From positions 192,574,001 to 192,638,000 of the forward strand of contig NC_058368.1 of assembly GCF_018350175.1 (NCBI RefSeq): a DNA stretch of 64,000 nt, written 5' to 3'. Each line of letters opens with the position of its first letter. The stretch's first letter is position 1. Under the pieces are notes generated by a model, which was not told the origin of the DNA, did not search any database, and was given only the letters and a program-made list of their open reading frames with translations. Source of the DNA: Felis catus. Lineage: Eukaryota. Shown one piece after another: positions 60,639-64,000 of the stretch. The translations under genes were made by a program, and so were the position numbers.

Positions 60639-61526
60639 ATATATTTATTGCATTTTATTCCCTTTCATTCTGAGGACAGAGGTGTGCTAAAGTGGCACTA
60701 ATGGCAGATGTGAAAGTCTCAGGCTTGGCTGGGCAAGGGACTTCATCCCATGAGGGCTCGGGGACCTCCACCAGCACAACCCAGTCAGCTAACCCCGTCA
60801 TGAGCACATGACTTGCCTGGGGACTTTGTTAAAACACAGAGCTGATTCAGTAGACAGTTGGCAGGTGAGGGGCGCGGAGATTCTTCATGTCTAACAAGCA
60901 TTCAGATGATGGACGAACTCTAAATAGCAAGCCTTTACTATAGGTAAAGACACGCCAGTCCATATCCTGTGAAAAATAAGTTTTGAGACATTTGAACATT
61001 GAGATCTTTATATGAAGATCCAGATTACCAGCTCCTCTTGTGAAATCTCAAGAACTGGGCCCACAGGGCTGGCATCCCCAGATGGCAATGAGAGGCCGGA
61101 GCGGAGTGGCGGCTGCCCTCAGGAGGGACGTGAGTTCCCCGGCTGCCCCTGCGGGCATGTCAACCTGCAGCCCTCCAGCCAGGCTACTCAAGGCCTTCGC
61201 TTTATACGTGGATAACTGCAGACCCAGACTGAAGCTCCTTGCTCAGCGTGTCGGGCTCGCTGTGCAGCATTCAGGCTCCACACTCCGGCCTTCGGACCCC
61301 TCAATCTCTTTCCATATGAGTGGGAGAGCAGGAATAAACTTCTGTGACCTAAACTTACTCGACGTGCACTGGGATGGGAAGGGGGAATGTAGGAGCTAGT
61401 AGTTAGAGTCTGGAGGAAAAACCGCTGGCAGCAATTGCTGTAACTACACAGCCAGGGGCCAAATACAGAAGTGAAAGCATCTGAATTCCATGTGGACGGT
61501 CAAGGAGAACAACAGAATGTGTCTCT

Positions 61527-64000
61527 TGTTATTCATTCAGATCGTTTATTAAGAGTGAAAGTCGGGCCGTCCCATCCGTGTGATATTGCAACATGAAAAG
61601 TCACGTACATACTAAGGAGACCCCACAGAATGGAGAGCCTTTCAACAGTACAGAGCCATAGATTACAAAATTAAAATACAAGTGATCCCCCAAATTTGGC
61701 AGGAAACAAGTACAGTATGAGGAGGCCTGGAATGGAAGGGCACTTGCTTTTTGATAAGGCAGTTACAAAATGGAGAACAAACCCACACCCTGAAAACATT
61801 CTGATGGGCATAATGGAGAGGAGACACGTAAAACAGGGGTCCTGTATGACCCTCCGCCATTGGCGAAGATGCATTCATGGAGTGAGAGCAACCGGAGGGT
61901 TTGTGGTTTAAGACGCAAGCCAGGTGAAATAACTGATTGCAGACATTTCTACCTTAAGAAGAGGTTCCCACCTTGCCCCAGACTAGACTCCATCTCAAAA
62001 CATCAGATCAACTTGACCCAACCTTGAACTTGGGAACAGTCTGCAATAAAATGAAGGGACTAAAAAGGCACCCCCAAACACCGTGCTTTCCAGGCCATGA
62101 CCTTGAGTTTACTTTTGTCCTTCAGTTCAACTGCCTAGCCCAGTAACAGGGGCCGGGAGGCTGGGAATCACAGGGCGTCAGAGCTGTGTCTGTCCGAGTC
62201 AGGGCCATCTGAGTGACACAACCCCAGAGGACCACATGAAAGGCAGAAGCCTGACCAACAGATCACAGAGCAAGCCCATTTTGTGAGAACTTAGATTCTA
62301 GGGCAACACTATGTCTCCCGCAAGGGCTTCTGAATCACAGTCTTAAGTCATAAGCTAGAACTGTTCTCCCCTCACATTCATTGTGCAAACTCAGCTGACT
62401 GCTTTCCTAATCATTTCACACGACCTTGAGCAGCTCAGCATGGTGGTTCACAGCCCCGAAGAGATGGCCTTGGGAACCTCTCTGCTCAGTGGCCAGGTCT
62501 CAAGAATCTGAAGGCAGTTACATTAGACAGGATTTGAGTCCTGTGCAAGTCAGAGAGTGAGCAGAGCTCTGGACAGGTCAGGAGGATGAGATGTTAGTCC
62601 AGATAGTGCCATGTGACTTGGGCAAGTTGATCTGAATTTTAGTCTCCTGTCTTTAAAATGAATGAGGGCGCACCAGCAACCTTAAAGGACTTTCCAGATT
62701 GAAAGTATGGCACTTCTAGGACACAGAGACATGTGGTGTACCCCTCCCCTCAAGGTATCCTAAGCTTCGTTTGCTCAATAAAAACGTGTGAAGAACTTGC
62801 AGAAATTTTAAGGTACAAGCCCTCAGTAGCCGTGGAACCTTTACACTCCACAGGGAGCAGTGTTTTACAATCTTCTAGCTAAAACTCTTCCTGAGTGATG
62901 TGAGCATCCGTTTTTGTGTGGCAAGCATGGAACCAGGGTCTCACCCCTTCTTAGGTTATTTATCAGGCTGATAGCATCCCTTCCTCTCTTGACCCCTCCG
63001 TTAGCTTCAGCGGCAACGAGTATAACCAGGCTGATGGGGTTTCCGCAACATCCTTCAACAAGGAGCTAAATGGACCAATGCTGAGGGGGAAGGACAGTCA
63101 GCACATCAAAGTGTTCATCTGCCAGCTGCTCCTTTCCAAAAGATGGCTGCTAGGCCATGGGACAGTGCCAGCGATTGGGTCCTTGGCCAAGATGAACAAC
63201 TTGTTCCACATGGCCCCTACTGGGGACAGACTAAGATGGAAATTACAGAGAACATAGAAAAGCCAGAGGTTTACAAAGATAGAGCAGGCTTCCCCAGGAG
63301 GTAGTGAGTTCCCTGTCCTCAGAGATGTTTAAACCCAGACTGCTCAAATCCTTGGTGGGACAGCTGTAGGCAGAATGTCAGCACCTGTGGGAGACCGGAC
63401 TGATGACTTAAAGACCCTTTCCCTACTTTTGGATCTCACCATTATAAGGACTGAGAGCCTTTAGGGGACTTCCATGAAGCAACTTTGCTGGGATCCACGG
63501 TCTGGACAGCCTACTTCAACAGATAAGGGCTCCCGAGTAAGTCCCCTCTCCTACTTTCTCCCTCGTCTACCAGCTGGTTGTCCTGCAGGATATTAACCAA
63601 GAAGTTCCCACAAAATAAGCAGCGGAAATGCCAAGGTTAGATGTGACATTCCAGCTGCAAACAATTATTAATATCTGTTCCCTGGAAGGCTAGCAGTGAA
63701 TATTTAGCTATGTCAGGAACATCTACCAACTTGGCGGCTCTAACACATAAGTGAAATTCCTTGTCATTTTACAATGCCAATCTTGAAGCCTTTGGTTTCA
63801 ATCTTTCATGGGATTCAGCTACGATCTTTTTCACATGCTGTTGCCAACCTAAGAGTGTGTTTGCTGAAATAAGAAGTTTGTCCATTTGTTTTTTTAAAAC
63901 CCTAAATCAGAGCGACAGGAGTGGCAGGATGCTGACATTTCCACGTGACAGCCTTCAGCACATATGAAAGAACCACACCAGGCTGGACCGAGGCAGGCAC
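61527..64000 (-). other. Probable distal 3' UTR of a convergent gene (likely SAP30L)
   Basis: Minus-strand AATAAA (TTTATT at 61545-61550), upstream TGTA (61606-61609), CA at about 61527, downstream TCTGTTGTTCTCCTTG. Gene identity comes only from recalled mammalian synteny; no coding sequence is in the window. Confidence 0.55.

Overview
Mammalian genomic DNA from a carnivore, most likely a felid (about 22 tRNA-derived Can-SINEs of the SINEC_Fc type). The only protein-coding gene I can support is HAND1 (bHLH transcription factor, + strand). It has two coding exons, 44411-44962 and 46484-46588, giving 218 aa, plus a GC-box/CCAAT/TATA promoter and a poly(A) signal at 47547. HAND1 lies in a chain of CpG islands (about 38.2-49.7 kb) inside an 18.5-kb stretch with no Can-SINEs. 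The right end carries a minus-strand poly(A) site at about 61527-61550, probably the 3' UTR end of the convergent neighbour SAP30L (inferred from recalled synteny only). The rest is intergenic sequence with Can-SINE, MIR, L1, L2, MLT1/LTR16 and hAT/Tigger relics. I found no novel coding system; the other ORFs in the track look spurious. The best leads are regulatory: MEIS-PBX-HOX/CDX motif clusters on both sides of the gene, candidate GATA/T-box, PHOX2/HAND2 and GATA/SMAD/HAND modules, a strong CTCF site between HAND1 and the downstream gene, a uORF plus in-frame CUG in the 5' UTR, and a 150-nt pure pyrimidine tract in the 3' UTR. Repeat family names are from memory and repeat boundaries are approximate.
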